A stretch of 64,000 nt of DNA, from assembly GCA_964505185.1 (NCBI GenBank), contig CAZDGM010000001.1:263734-327733 (forward strand), in the 5' to 3' direction. Below are positions 1-8,159 of the stretch, piece after piece. The position numbers were made by a program, and so were the translations under genes. The notes below the pieces were generated by a model that was not told where the DNA came from, ran no database searches, and saw only the letters and a program-made list of their open reading frames with translations. Source of the stretch: an uncultured Thermodesulfobacteriota bacterium. Its GTDB lineage: Bacteria > Desulfobacterota > JBBIRW01. Positions within the stretch are counted from its first letter, which is position 1. The number at the start of each line of letters is the position of its first letter.

Positions 1-608
1 TCCGCAATAGATACGGGGAGATTGGCAACGGATGAACAGCCTTCGATCCTTTTTAATCTCCCCCTCTCGAGGATTTCTACTGGTGAGATCGACTCTACAG
101 GATATATTTCAGCCTCTATTGAGCCACCTCCTTTAGGATAGAAGCCGTATGATCTGATCCTTAAACTGATCCTGATCCCTAACATATTTAGAAAATCTGC
201 GAACACCTTCTCAGCATAATCGTAAATGGGACTGAAGGGAACATGTGTTCCGCCTTTTATAAAGATCCTTGAAACATCTCCGGCAAAGATAAGGGAAGGT
301 ATAAGGGTTTGAAGGAGCAGTATAGATGATCCCGCGGTGCCTATATTAAATGAATACTCTCCTGCCTTTATCCTTCTGGGTGAAAAAATCAGTTCTGTTG
401 AGCCTATGGACCCTCCCTCCATATCTGCATCAGAAATTTCCTTTGCTGCCTTTATGGAGGCGAGATGCTGTGGCATGAGGCCTGGTTTTTCCCTGCCCTT
501 CCTTATGTTAAATATTCTGAAGGGTTTTCCTGTTATACAGGAAATACTGAGGGCGGTTCTCAGGATCTGCCCACCACCTTCACCATAGCTTCCATCTATA
601 ACTATCAT
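1..608 (-). CDS. rtcA: RNA 3'-terminal phosphate cyclase RtcA (N-terminal part; gene runs off the window start)
   Basis: Reverse-strand translation from ATG (rc of 606-608) reads MIVIDGSYGEGGGQILRTALSISCITGKPFRIFNIRKGREKPGL.QHL, the conserved RtcA N-terminus. There is no stop before the window edge. This ORF is not in the six-frame track because it is open-ended. Confidence 0.8.
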   Translation of the reverse strand, partial: MIVIDGSYGEGGGQILRTALSISCITGKPFRIFNIRKGREKPGLMPQHLASIKAAKEISDADMEGGSIGSTELIFSPRRIKAGEYSFNIGTAGSSILLLQTLIPSLIFAGDVSRIFIKGGTHVPFSPIYDYAEKVFADFLNMLGIRISLRIRSYGFYPKGGGSIEAEIYPVESISPVEILERGRLKRIEGCSSVANLPVSIA

Positions 609-687
609 ACTCACTAATATACCAGAAAATTCGGATGCTTGAATGTCCACCTATGAGGGTTTAAGTTATTTACTGAGGGAGGTTTTT

Positions 688-2145
688 ATGCCACATGCAC
701 TTCCATTTCGAAAAATAAAAGATTTTACCTATGAGATTCCGAAGGATTTCAAAGATGGGATGCGCGTTCCAGCCAGGATATATGTAACAGAGAAACTGAT
801 GAAAGAGATGGACTCGCAGGTCTTTGAACAGATAACAAATGTTGCAACACTTCCGGGTATTGTAAATTATGCCCTCTGTATGCCAGATGCACACTCCGGT
901 TATGGATTTCCCATCGGTGGTGTTGCTGCAATGGATCTGGAGGAAGGTGTAATATCACCAGGGGGTATTGGTTTTGATATAAACTGTGGAATGAGACTTG
1001 TTCTTACTTCCCTGACATTTGATGATATTAAATCAAGGATCAAAGAGATTGTTGATCTATTATTTGAAAGGGTTCCCTGTGGTGTGGGAAGCACCGGATT
1101 TCTGAAACTTAACAGAAATGAATTCATGGAGGTTCTTTCTGAAGGAGCAAGGTGGTGTGTAAGAAAGGGTTTTGGCTGGGAGGAGGATCTTGAAAGAACA
1201 GAAGAGGGGGGATGTATTCAGGGTGCGGATCCATCAAAGATCAGTGAAAAGGCAGTTGAAAGGGGAATAAATCAAATAGGAACCCTAGGATCAGGCAACC
1301 ACTATCTTGAGATTCAGATAGCAAAACCTGAAAACATATACGATGAAAGACTGGCAAAGATCTTCGGCATATCAATACCTGATCAGGTTGTAGTGATGTT
1401 TCACTGTGGTAGTCGTGGATTCGGGCATCAGGTTGCAACTGATTATCTTCAAATATTTCTTAAGGTTATGGAGAAGAAATACGGAATCAGCGTAAGGGAT
1501 AGGGAACTTGCCTGTGCACCCTTTGATTCTCCTGAAGGTCAGGATTATTTTGCTGCCATGAAGTGCGGGATAAATATGTCATTTGCAAACAGACAGGTAA
1601 TAACCCATAGAATAAGAGAGGTTTTTGAAAAGGTATTCAAGGAGGATGCAAAGAAGCTCGGGATGCAGATGGTTTACGATGTTTCACACAATACAGCAAA
1701 GCTTGAAAAACATTTTGTTAATGGAAAGGAGACGCAGCTTATTGTTCACAGAAAGGGAGCTACACGTGCCTTTGCTCCTGGAATGGAAGGGTTGCCTGAA
1801 ATCTACAGAGAAACAGGTCAGCCTGTTATTATTGGCGGGAGCATGGAGACAGGGAGCTATCTACTTGCAGGGATAAGTTCGGGGGCAAAGAGTTTCTTCT
1901 CAACAGCGCATGGTAGTGGAAGGACGATGAGCAGAACGAAGGCAAAGAAGTTATTTGAAGGAAGGGCTCTCCAGAGACAGATGGAAGAAAAGGGAATTTA
2001 CGTGAGAACGGCGTCCTTTTCAGGACTTGCTGAGGAAGCTGGTGCTGCTTACAAGAATATAGATGAAGTAGTTGATGCCACGGAGTTCGCAGGACTTTCA
2101 AAAAAGGTTGTGAGATTCATTCCAGTTGGAAACATCAAGGGTTAA
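688..2145 (+). CDS. rtcB: RNA-splicing ligase RtcB (3'-phosphate/5'-OH RNA ligase)
   Basis: The 500-aa frame carries RtcB hallmarks (MPDAHSGYGFPIGGV, GGIGFDINCGMRL, GSGNHYLE, HNTAKLE). Likely true start is ATG 688, preceded by AGGGAGG. The upstream ATG 643 has no RBS. The alignment to archaeal RtcB begins near Met16. Confidence 0.9.
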   Translation: MPHALPFRKIKDFTYEIPKDFKDGMRVPARIYVTEKLMKEMDSQVFEQITNVATLPGIVNYALCMPDAHSGYGFPIGGVAAMDLEEGVISPGGIGFDINCGMRLVLTSLTFDDIKSRIKEIVDLLFERVPCGVGSTGFLKLNRNEFMEVLSEGARWCVRKGFGWEEDLERTEEGGCIQGADPSKISEKAVERGINQIGTLGSGNHYLEIQIAKPENIYDERLAKIFGISIPDQVVVMFHCGSRGFGHQVATDYLQIFLKVMEKKYGISVRDRELACAPFDSPEGQDYFAAMKCGINMSFANRQVITHRIREVFEKVFKEDAKKLGMQMVYDVSHNTAKLEKHFVNGKETQLIVHRKGATRAFAPGMEGLPEIYRETGQPVIIGGSMETGSYLLAGISSGAKSFFSTAHGSGRTMSRTKAKKLFEGRALQRQMEEKGIYVRTASFSGLAEEAGAAYKNIDEVVDATEFAGLSKKVVRFIPVGNIKG

Positions 2146-2159
2146 ATTATTGTTTACAT

Positions 2160-3473
2160 ATGATCACAAAAACTCCTCTTACGCTGATAACGGGATATCT
2201 CGGCAGTGGCAAGACAACCCTTCTTAGAAATATCGTAAGGGATGCAAGGAAAAAGATTGCCATTGTCGTAAATGAATTCGGGGAGATCCCCATAGATAGC
2301 AAGGTTCTGGAGGGGAAGAATATCAGGATGGCTGAGCTCGCCGGAGGATGTGTATGCTGTTCACTATCAGGGGAATTTGAGGCAGCAGTTGAGGAGATAA
2401 TAAATGAAATAGGACCCGATATAATTTTTGTTGAGACGACTGGTCTTGCTGAACCGGATTCACTAATAGATATCATAGGTGAGGCATTAAAGATGGTGAA
2501 ACTTGACACAGTGGTCACTGTTGTTGATGCGGATGCCATGGTTAGATTTCCGGAAATAGGCTATACAGGGAGGATACAGATTGAATCGGCTGATGTAATT
2601 TTAATAAATAAGATAGATCTGGTCCATGAAGAGGATCTCTTACAGGTTGAGGAAAGGGTAAAGGAAATTAACAGAAGGGCAACCCTTTTCAGAACCTCTT
2701 TCTGCAATATAGATACAGAGCTTTTATCTGGGATGGGAATAGAGAGATATTTATCACATGCTGTTCATGCCCAACATGATATGGATTACTTTACTTTCTG
2801 TACAAATGAGATAATCAAAAGGGAAAGATTTGAGGAGATGGTAAAGGGCCTCTCTGGAAAGATATACAGGGCAAAGGGATTTGTAAAATTTTCCGATGGT
2901 TCCTACCTGTTCAATTATGTCTCTGATCGATGGGATTTTGAAGAATTTGAGTCAGAGGGTACGCGTCTTGTATTTATCGGTCACCGGGCTGGTCAAATAA
3001 AGGACGAGGTGATTTCTCAATTAGAAAGCATGAAATTGAAATTTGAGTACAGATTTCTTGAAGATCTGGCCACCGCGGATGTCGCATTTGAGGCAAAGGG
3101 TGATACGATTGAGGAACTTTTTATTTCCTCTGCGCTTGCAACAACAAATATTATGATACTTCAAACAGGTCAGATTGATCTTAAAGATAGAAGAGAGATA
3201 GAAATTGAGGCTGAAGAACTGGATCTTCTCCTTTTTAATCTTCTTCAGGAGATGATCTTTTTCAAAGATACAGAAAAACTGATCTTTGGAGAGTTTAATG
3301 TGAAAATTGGAAAGAAGGGCGATAAATGGATGCTCAGGATGAAGGCAGCCGGGGAAAGGATCAATCCGGAAAAACATATGCTTCATCTTGATGTGAAGGC
3401 AGTGACACTGCACATGCTTGAGGTGAGGAAAGATAATAATGGATGGATAGCTCATGTTATTCTTGATGTTTAG
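2160..3473 (+). CDS. Fusion protein: COG0523/CobW-type G3E GTPase (putative metallochaperone) N-terminal, archease C-terminal
   Basis: N-terminal part has P-loop GYLGSGKTTLL, VNEFGE, the GCVCC metal-binding motif and the CobW_C-like KGFVKFSDGSY...LVFIG. C-terminal ~146 aa align along their whole length with archease (ATADVAFEAKGDTIEELF...INPEKH...KAVTLH...GWIAHVILDV). Confidence 0.85.
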   Translation: MITKTPLTLITGYLGSGKTTLLRNIVRDARKKIAIVVNEFGEIPIDSKVLEGKNIRMAELAGGCVCCSLSGEFEAAVEEIINEIGPDIIFVETTGLAEPDSLIDIIGEALKMVKLDTVVTVVDADAMVRFPEIGYTGRIQIESADVILINKIDLVHEEDLLQVEERVKEINRRATLFRTSFCNIDTELLSGMGIERYLSHAVHAQHDMDYFTFCTNEIIKRERFEEMVKGLSGKIYRAKGFVKFSDGSYLFNYVSDRWDFEEFESEGTRLVFIGHRAGQIKDEVISQLESMKLKFEYRFLEDLATADVAFEAKGDTIEELFISSALATTNIMILQTGQIDLKDRREIEIEAEELDLLLFNLLQEMIFFKDTEKLIFGEFNVKIGKKGDKWMLRMKAAGERINPEKHMLHLDVKAVTLHMLEVRKDNNGWIAHVILDV

Positions 3474-3499
3474 AAGCATTTATAGAATGATGAGGGGTA

Positions 3500-5383
3500 A
3501 TGTGGCGGAAATTCGATAAGGCAGAAACCGTATCCCTTCCTGAAATTTACGAATCAGTGAAGATCCCCCATTACTGGAAATGGTGGAAGCGTCTCTTTGC
3601 TTTCCTTGGTCCTGCATATCTTGTTTCTGTGGGATACATGGATCCGGGTAACTGGGCGACGGATCTTGAAGGGGGAGCGAAATTTGGATACAGGCTCATA
3701 TGGGTTCTCCTTGCGAGCAATCTGATGGCTGTTTTGCTGCAAATGCTTTCTGCTCGTCTGGGTCTTGTCACGAGATGCGATCTCGCACAGGCATGTCGTG
3801 AAGCATATCCGCCTTTTGTATACTATCCTCTGTGGATCATCTGTGAACTTGCAATAGCTGCATGCGATCTCGCTGAAGTCCTTGGAACGGCGATAGGTTT
3901 GAATCTTCTTTTTGGGATTCCGCTTATAATCGGTGTCAGTTTAACAGCTCTTGATACAATCCTTCTCCTCTTTATACAGCGATACGGGATTCGCAAATTT
4001 GAAGGGATGATCCTCGGTCTCGTATTTGTCGTAGGTTGTTGCTTCGTTGTTGAAATCTTTCTTGCTAAACCTGACTTCAGATCAATTATAGGTGGTTTTA
4101 TTCCCACAATTGACAGAGAAAGCCTCTATGTTGCACTGGGCATGCTCGGGGCAACTGTTATGCCACACAACCTTTACCTTCATTCAGCGCTTGTTCAGAG
4201 CAGAGCAGTTGAGCGAACAGATAAGGGCATCCGGGCAGCAGTGCGCTTTAATCTTATAGATACATTTATTGCTCTCAATGCTGCTTTCTTTGTGAATTCA
4301 GCAATACTTGTTCTCTCATCTTCTGTTTTTTATTCTCGAGGTATTGAGGTGGTTGAGATTCAGCAGGCGCACGAACTTCTCTCACCACTGCTGGGAACAG
4401 GTCTTGCCTCTACTGCCTTTGCTGTTGCCCTTCTTGCTGCAGGTCAATCTTCGACACTCACAGGAACACTTGCAGGGCAGGTTGTGATGGAGGGGTTTAT
4501 CCGGATAAAGATTCAGCCATGGGCAAGAAGACTCATTTCTCGATTACTTGCGATCATTCCTGCAGTTATTGTTATTGCAATAAGCGGAAGCCATGGGACA
4601 TACAGGCTTCTTATACTGAGTCAGGTGATTCTCTCTTTGCAGCTTCCCTTTGCAATTGTTCCCCTTATCCAATTCACAAGTGATCGTGAATGGATGGGAA
4701 AATTTGTGAGCCCTCTATGGGTAAGGGTCCTTTCATGGCTTGTTGCACTTTTTATCATAAGTCTTAATGTCTGGCTTGTTTGGGTGACGGTGTCTGAATG
4801 GAGGATGAAAGCTATGTGGGTTGATTTTATAGTAATTCCAATTGGTGCATATTTGATGCTATTATTGGGGTATATGGGATTTGGACCGTTTATTAAGAAA
4901 TTATTAGAAAAGAAACCACCCTCTGTACCGGAACCCGTGCTACCATCCATTCAGGAGGACACTGGGTATGGGAAGATAGGGGTTGCTCTTGAGGTGAGGG
5001 AAACGGACCAAAAGATACTCAAGCATGCACTTGCCCTTGCAACGAGATACAATGCAGAGATTATTCTGATTCATATTGTTGAGAGTGCAACTGCTCAGGT
5101 CTGGGGCGGAACTGTGGAGGATAGGGAAAGAACAGAGGACGAGGATTATCTAATAAAACTTTCAGAAAAGATCAGGGCACAGGGAATAAGGGCGAGTTTC
5201 CGAATAGGATTTGGAAATGCAGCAAAAGGGGTTGTAAAAATAGCGAAAGAAGAGAATCTTGACCTTCTTGTCCTCGGGAGTCATGGCCACAAACATATAA
5301 AAGACTGGATATATGGTTCAACAGTTTCTGCTGTTCAACATGATATAGGTGATATACCCATCCTCGTTGTAAAAGGGACATAA
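3500..5383 (+). CDS. mntH: NRAMP-family divalent metal (Mn2+/Fe2+) transporter MntH fused to a C-terminal universal stress protein (UspA) domain
   Basis: GYMDPGNWATDLEGG (DPGN motif) and 11-12 TM helices. The C-terminal ~140 aa have the Usp fold signature (ILIHIVES..., LLVLGSHGH..., ILVV). Confidence 0.85.
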   Translation: MWRKFDKAETVSLPEIYESVKIPHYWKWWKRLFAFLGPAYLVSVGYMDPGNWATDLEGGAKFGYRLIWVLLASNLMAVLLQMLSARLGLVTRCDLAQACREAYPPFVYYPLWIICELAIAACDLAEVLGTAIGLNLLFGIPLIIGVSLTALDTILLLFIQRYGIRKFEGMILGLVFVVGCCFVVEIFLAKPDFRSIIGGFIPTIDRESLYVALGMLGATVMPHNLYLHSALVQSRAVERTDKGIRAAVRFNLIDTFIALNAAFFVNSAILVLSSSVFYSRGIEVVEIQQAHELLSPLLGTGLASTAFAVALLAAGQSSTLTGTLAGQVVMEGFIRIKIQPWARRLISRLLAIIPAVIVIAISGSHGTYRLLILSQVILSLQLPFAIVPLIQFTSDREWMGKFVSPLWVRVLSWLVALFIISLNVWLVWVTVSEWRMKAMWVDFIVIPIGAYLMLLLGYMGFGPFIKKLLEKKPPSVPEPVLPSIQEDTGYGKIGVALEVRETDQKILKHALALATRYNAEIILIHIVESATAQVWGGTVEDRERTEDEDYLIKLSEKIRAQGIRASFRIGFGNAAKGVVKIAKEENLDLLVLGSHGHKHIKDWIYGSTVSAVQHDIGDIPILVVKGT

Positions 5384-5396
5384 ATAAGCAGGAAAT

Positions 5397-6431
5397 CTAA
5401 TTATTTCTTCTGATCGTTAGAATCATAAGGGCTGCCATAATGATTGATTGAGAGATTACTTTTGCAGGATTTAGCTCAACAGATGGAAGAAGGAATAGCA
5501 ATCTTTCAAGAAATATACCTATAAGTATCAATACCGATATAATTGAGACGATCGATGGAATCGTTTTTGCCTTTCTTGAAAGGAGTGTTAGAAAAGGGAG
5601 GAAGAATAGCGAGGGGAGTATAACAAGCGAGATATTCCTGTAGGGCGATAATTGAGTCCTCACAAACAGAAAGCTTACCTCTTCAGGAATGTTTCCATAC
5701 CAGATGACAAGGAACTGCGCATAGAAAAGTCCTGCCCAAAGTAAGCTGAACCCGAAAATTAGTGTAGCAATATCCCTCAAAGTTTTGATTAAGCCTTCAC
5801 TTGACTGGCTTTCGGTTTTTCTCATAAGAAACAAACATATAATCCCTGAAATTGCAATACCGGAATATATGGATTCAATGAAAAAATAACCTCCAAAGAG
5901 AGTGCTGTACCACGGATATTCGAGAGACATTATCCAGTCAATGGCAATCATTGATTGTGATGCAACAAAGAACGCTATATAGATTGAGCCATAGATGTTT
6001 TTTCTTTCACTATCAATTAATGATTCCCTGGAGAACTTTCGTGCAGATAAAAAGGAAAGAAAAAGCAGGAAGAAGTTTCTTGCTATAAAGAATGGCCTGT
6101 TTAACCATAATCCTTCACTTTTAACCCATGGATATATATCCAGCTCATGAATAAGAAAGAGGAAAAGGATTGAGTGAAGCAATAACAACGGGTAAACGGA
6201 AAGAAGGTATCTCTTCAGCGGAGCTATCCATTTAGCCTTTGCAATATTAGCTGCTGCAACAAGGGCAATGCAGCCCTGCGTGATGGCTATCCAATATGAA
6301 AGAGTGAAGAGAAGTGAACCCTTTGTTATCCCTGCAAAAAACTCAATAGCAACAATAAAAAATCCACCGATAAAGAGATATAAGAAGTAATAGTTAATCC
6401 TCATCTCCTTTTCCATCATCTTCTCCATCAT
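5397..6431 (-). CDS. actF: Alternative complex III membrane subunit, ActF-like (NrfD/PsrC family polytopic protein)
   Basis: Polytopic membrane protein at the distal end of the act cluster. NrfD-like motifs (FLVIWYGNIPEE). Overlaps actD stop. Confidence 0.5.
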   Translation of the reverse strand: MMEKMMEKEMRINYYFLYLFIGGFFIVAIEFFAGITKGSLLFTLSYWIAITQGCIALVAAANIAKAKWIAPLKRYLLSVYPLLLLHSILFLFLIHELDIYPWVKSEGLWLNRPFFIARNFFLLFLSFLSARKFSRESLIDSERKNIYGSIYIAFFVASQSMIAIDWIMSLEYPWYSTLFGGYFFIESIYSGIAISGIICLFLMRKTESQSSEGLIKTLRDIATLIFGFSLLWAGLFYAQFLVIWYGNIPEEVSFLFVRTQLSPYRNISLVILPSLFFLPFLTLLSRKAKTIPSIVSIISVLILIGIFLERLLFLLPSVELNPAKVISQSIIMAALMILTIRRNN

Positions 6432-6849
6432 CTATCACTATTGTGAATCTGTTATCAAATTCCATGGGATTAATAATCCATCGAATATCAGGGAGGCGTG
6501 AGAGTAAAAGGAATCCGAGAAATGATGTGATCGCTCCAAAAAGAATTGTCAATTCAAATGCAATAATAACAAATGCAGGGATGGATATCAGTGGCTTTCC
6601 TCCTGTTATAAGAGGCCAGCTTAAAACTGTATAAGTCGTGAATCCGAAGCCTGTAATAGTTCCAGTGATAGCACCAAGAAGGGTAATGATATTCAGTTTG
6701 CTAACCGGCCTTCCAAGGATCTCTTCTACTTCTTCGACGGGGAAAGGGAGATATATTTGCATCCGATCAGCAGGTACACCTTTTTTTAAAAGCTCCTTAA
6801 GTTTTTCGATAAATTCGTGTTTGTCTTCAAATAAATATTCCTTTTTCAT
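6394..6849 (-). CDS. actD: Alternative complex III subunit ActD (membrane-anchored)
   Basis: About 150-aa protein with a central TM pair. Start ATG overlaps actC stop (ATGA), with GAGG RBS. Position is between actC and actF. The track ORF starts 45 codons upstream without an RBS. Confidence 0.55.
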   Translation of the reverse strand: MKKEYLFEDKHEFIEKLKELLKKGVPADRMQIYLPFPVEEVEEILGRPVSKLNIITLLGAITGTITGFGFTTYTVLSWPLITGGKPLISIPAFVIIAFELTILFGAITSFLGFLLLSRLPDIRWIINPMEFDNRFTIVIDDGEDDGKGDED

Positions 6850-8159
6850 TCGTGAACCTCTTTTAATTCTGTAATGGAAAGGATCGGAAGGACCTTCGCA
6901 AATATGAGAAAAAGCATGAAAAACATTCCGAAACTTCCAAGCGTGATTCCTATAGCAACAGGGCTGAATGATGGGAGTCCCCATGCGTAAGGATCAAAGT
7001 CTCTGGAAAGGGAAGTAACTATTATTACGAATCTTTCCATCCACATACCAACATTAACAAAAAGTGATGATATGAATAAGAATTTTATGTTTCTTCTTAA
7101 TTTTCCTATGAAGAGAAAGAGCGGGATAATGGAGTTGCAGATAATCATTATGGCGAAAAATATCCAGAAATCACCAAATGCCCTGTACCTGAATACTTCC
7201 ATCTCGAATATATTTCCACCATAAAATGCCATGGAGAACTCCACGATATATGAGTAGGTTACTATAAGTGATGTAAGAAGCAGTATTTTAGCGATACTAT
7301 CAAAGTGATCTAAGGTTATATATTTTTCAAGGGAAAAGAACTTTCTCATCGGAACAACAAGCGTTATTACCATTGCTGTTCCAGAAAATATAGCACCAGC
7401 AACAAAATATGGTGCAAATATGGTTGTATGCCAACCAGGAATAATGCTCATAGCAAAGTCCCATGAAACAACAGAATGAACTGAAACAACCAGTGGAGTT
7501 GCAAATGATGCAAGAAACATGTATAGTCTGTTATAGTGCCTCCATTGATCCGGTGTTCCCTGCCATCCAAGTGAGAGGAAAGAGTACAGGCGTTTCTTCC
7601 ATCCCGTTGAATATCTTCTTGCAATAGCGAGATCGGGAATCATACCAACGTAAAAGAAAATAAGGCTTACCGTAAAATAAGTCCCTACAGCGAAAACATC
7701 CCATATAAGCGGGGATCGAAAGTTAACCCAGAGCATTCTCTCATTTGGGTATGGAAGTAACCAGTAGAAAAGCCACGGTCTTCCAAGATGGATTATAGGG
7801 AAGAGTCCGGCAGTCATAATGGCAAAAACGGTCATCGCCTCCGCAGATCTATTGAAACTGCTTCTGAATCCTGCGCGGAATAGAAAAAGAACAGCTGATA
7901 TAAGTGTTCCTGAATGGGCGATTCCAACCCAGAATACGAAATTTGTTATATACATATACCATCCAACAGGATGTGTTTTACCGGAGACACCCATCCCTGT
8001 TTTTATCTGGTAGTACCAGAGAGACATGCCTGTTATAAACAGGATTGCAGAGATGCAAAGGAAGATCCAGTACTGGATATTCGGTTTCTTCATTGCAGCA
8101 AGAACATCCTTTTCAATCTGATAACGAAACTCAATGGCTTTGGAAATTGCGTTATTCAT
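6846..8159 (-). CDS. actC: Alternative complex III quinol-binding membrane subunit ActC (NrfD/PsrC family)
   Basis: About 10 TM helices in an NrfD-family polytopic protein directly after actB. True start MNNAISK has an AAAGAGGAAAAGAG RBS. The longer track ORF would overlap actB by 164 nt. Confidence 0.75.
   Translation of the reverse strand: MNNAISKAIEFRYQIEKDVLAAMKKPNIQYWIFLCISAILFITGMSLWYYQIKTGMGVSGKTHPVGWYMYITNFVFWVGIAHSGTLISAVLFLFRAGFRSSFNRSAEAMTVFAIMTAGLFPIIHLGRPWLFYWLLPYPNERMLWVNFRSPLIWDVFAVGTYFTVSLIFFYVGMIPDLAIARRYSTGWKKRLYSFLSLGWQGTPDQWRHYNRLYMFLASFATPLVVSVHSVVSWDFAMSIIPGWHTTIFAPYFVAGAIFSGTAMVITLVVPMRKFFSLEKYITLDHFDSIAKILLLTSLIVTYSYIVEFSMAFYGGNIFEMEVFRYRAFGDFWIFFAIMIICNSIIPLFLFIGKLRRNIKFLFISSLFVNVGMWMERFVIIVTSLSRDFDPYAWGLPSFSPVAIGITLGSFGMFFMLFLIFAKVLPILSITELKEVHE

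Noticed and set aside
337-588. 83-aa plus-strand ORF from the six-frame track
   Set aside because: It lies entirely inside the minus-strand rtcA coding region, whose translation has a clear RtcA signature. It has no RBS or motif, so it is spurious.
643-687. Upstream ATG (643) as rtcB start
   Set aside because: It has no Shine-Dalgarno. ATG 688 is preceded by AGGGAGG, and the RtcB alignment starts near that Met.
609-687. Possible sigma54 (-24 GG / -12 GC) promoter for rtcB as in canonical RtcR-controlled loci
   Set aside because: No TGGCAC-N5-TTGC-like element is evident in the rtcA-rtcB intergenic region, and no rtcR is in the window.
2147-3479. Minus-strand ORFs 2147-2539 and 3021-3479
   Set aside because: They are antisense to the GTPase-archease gene, which aligns along its full length to known families.
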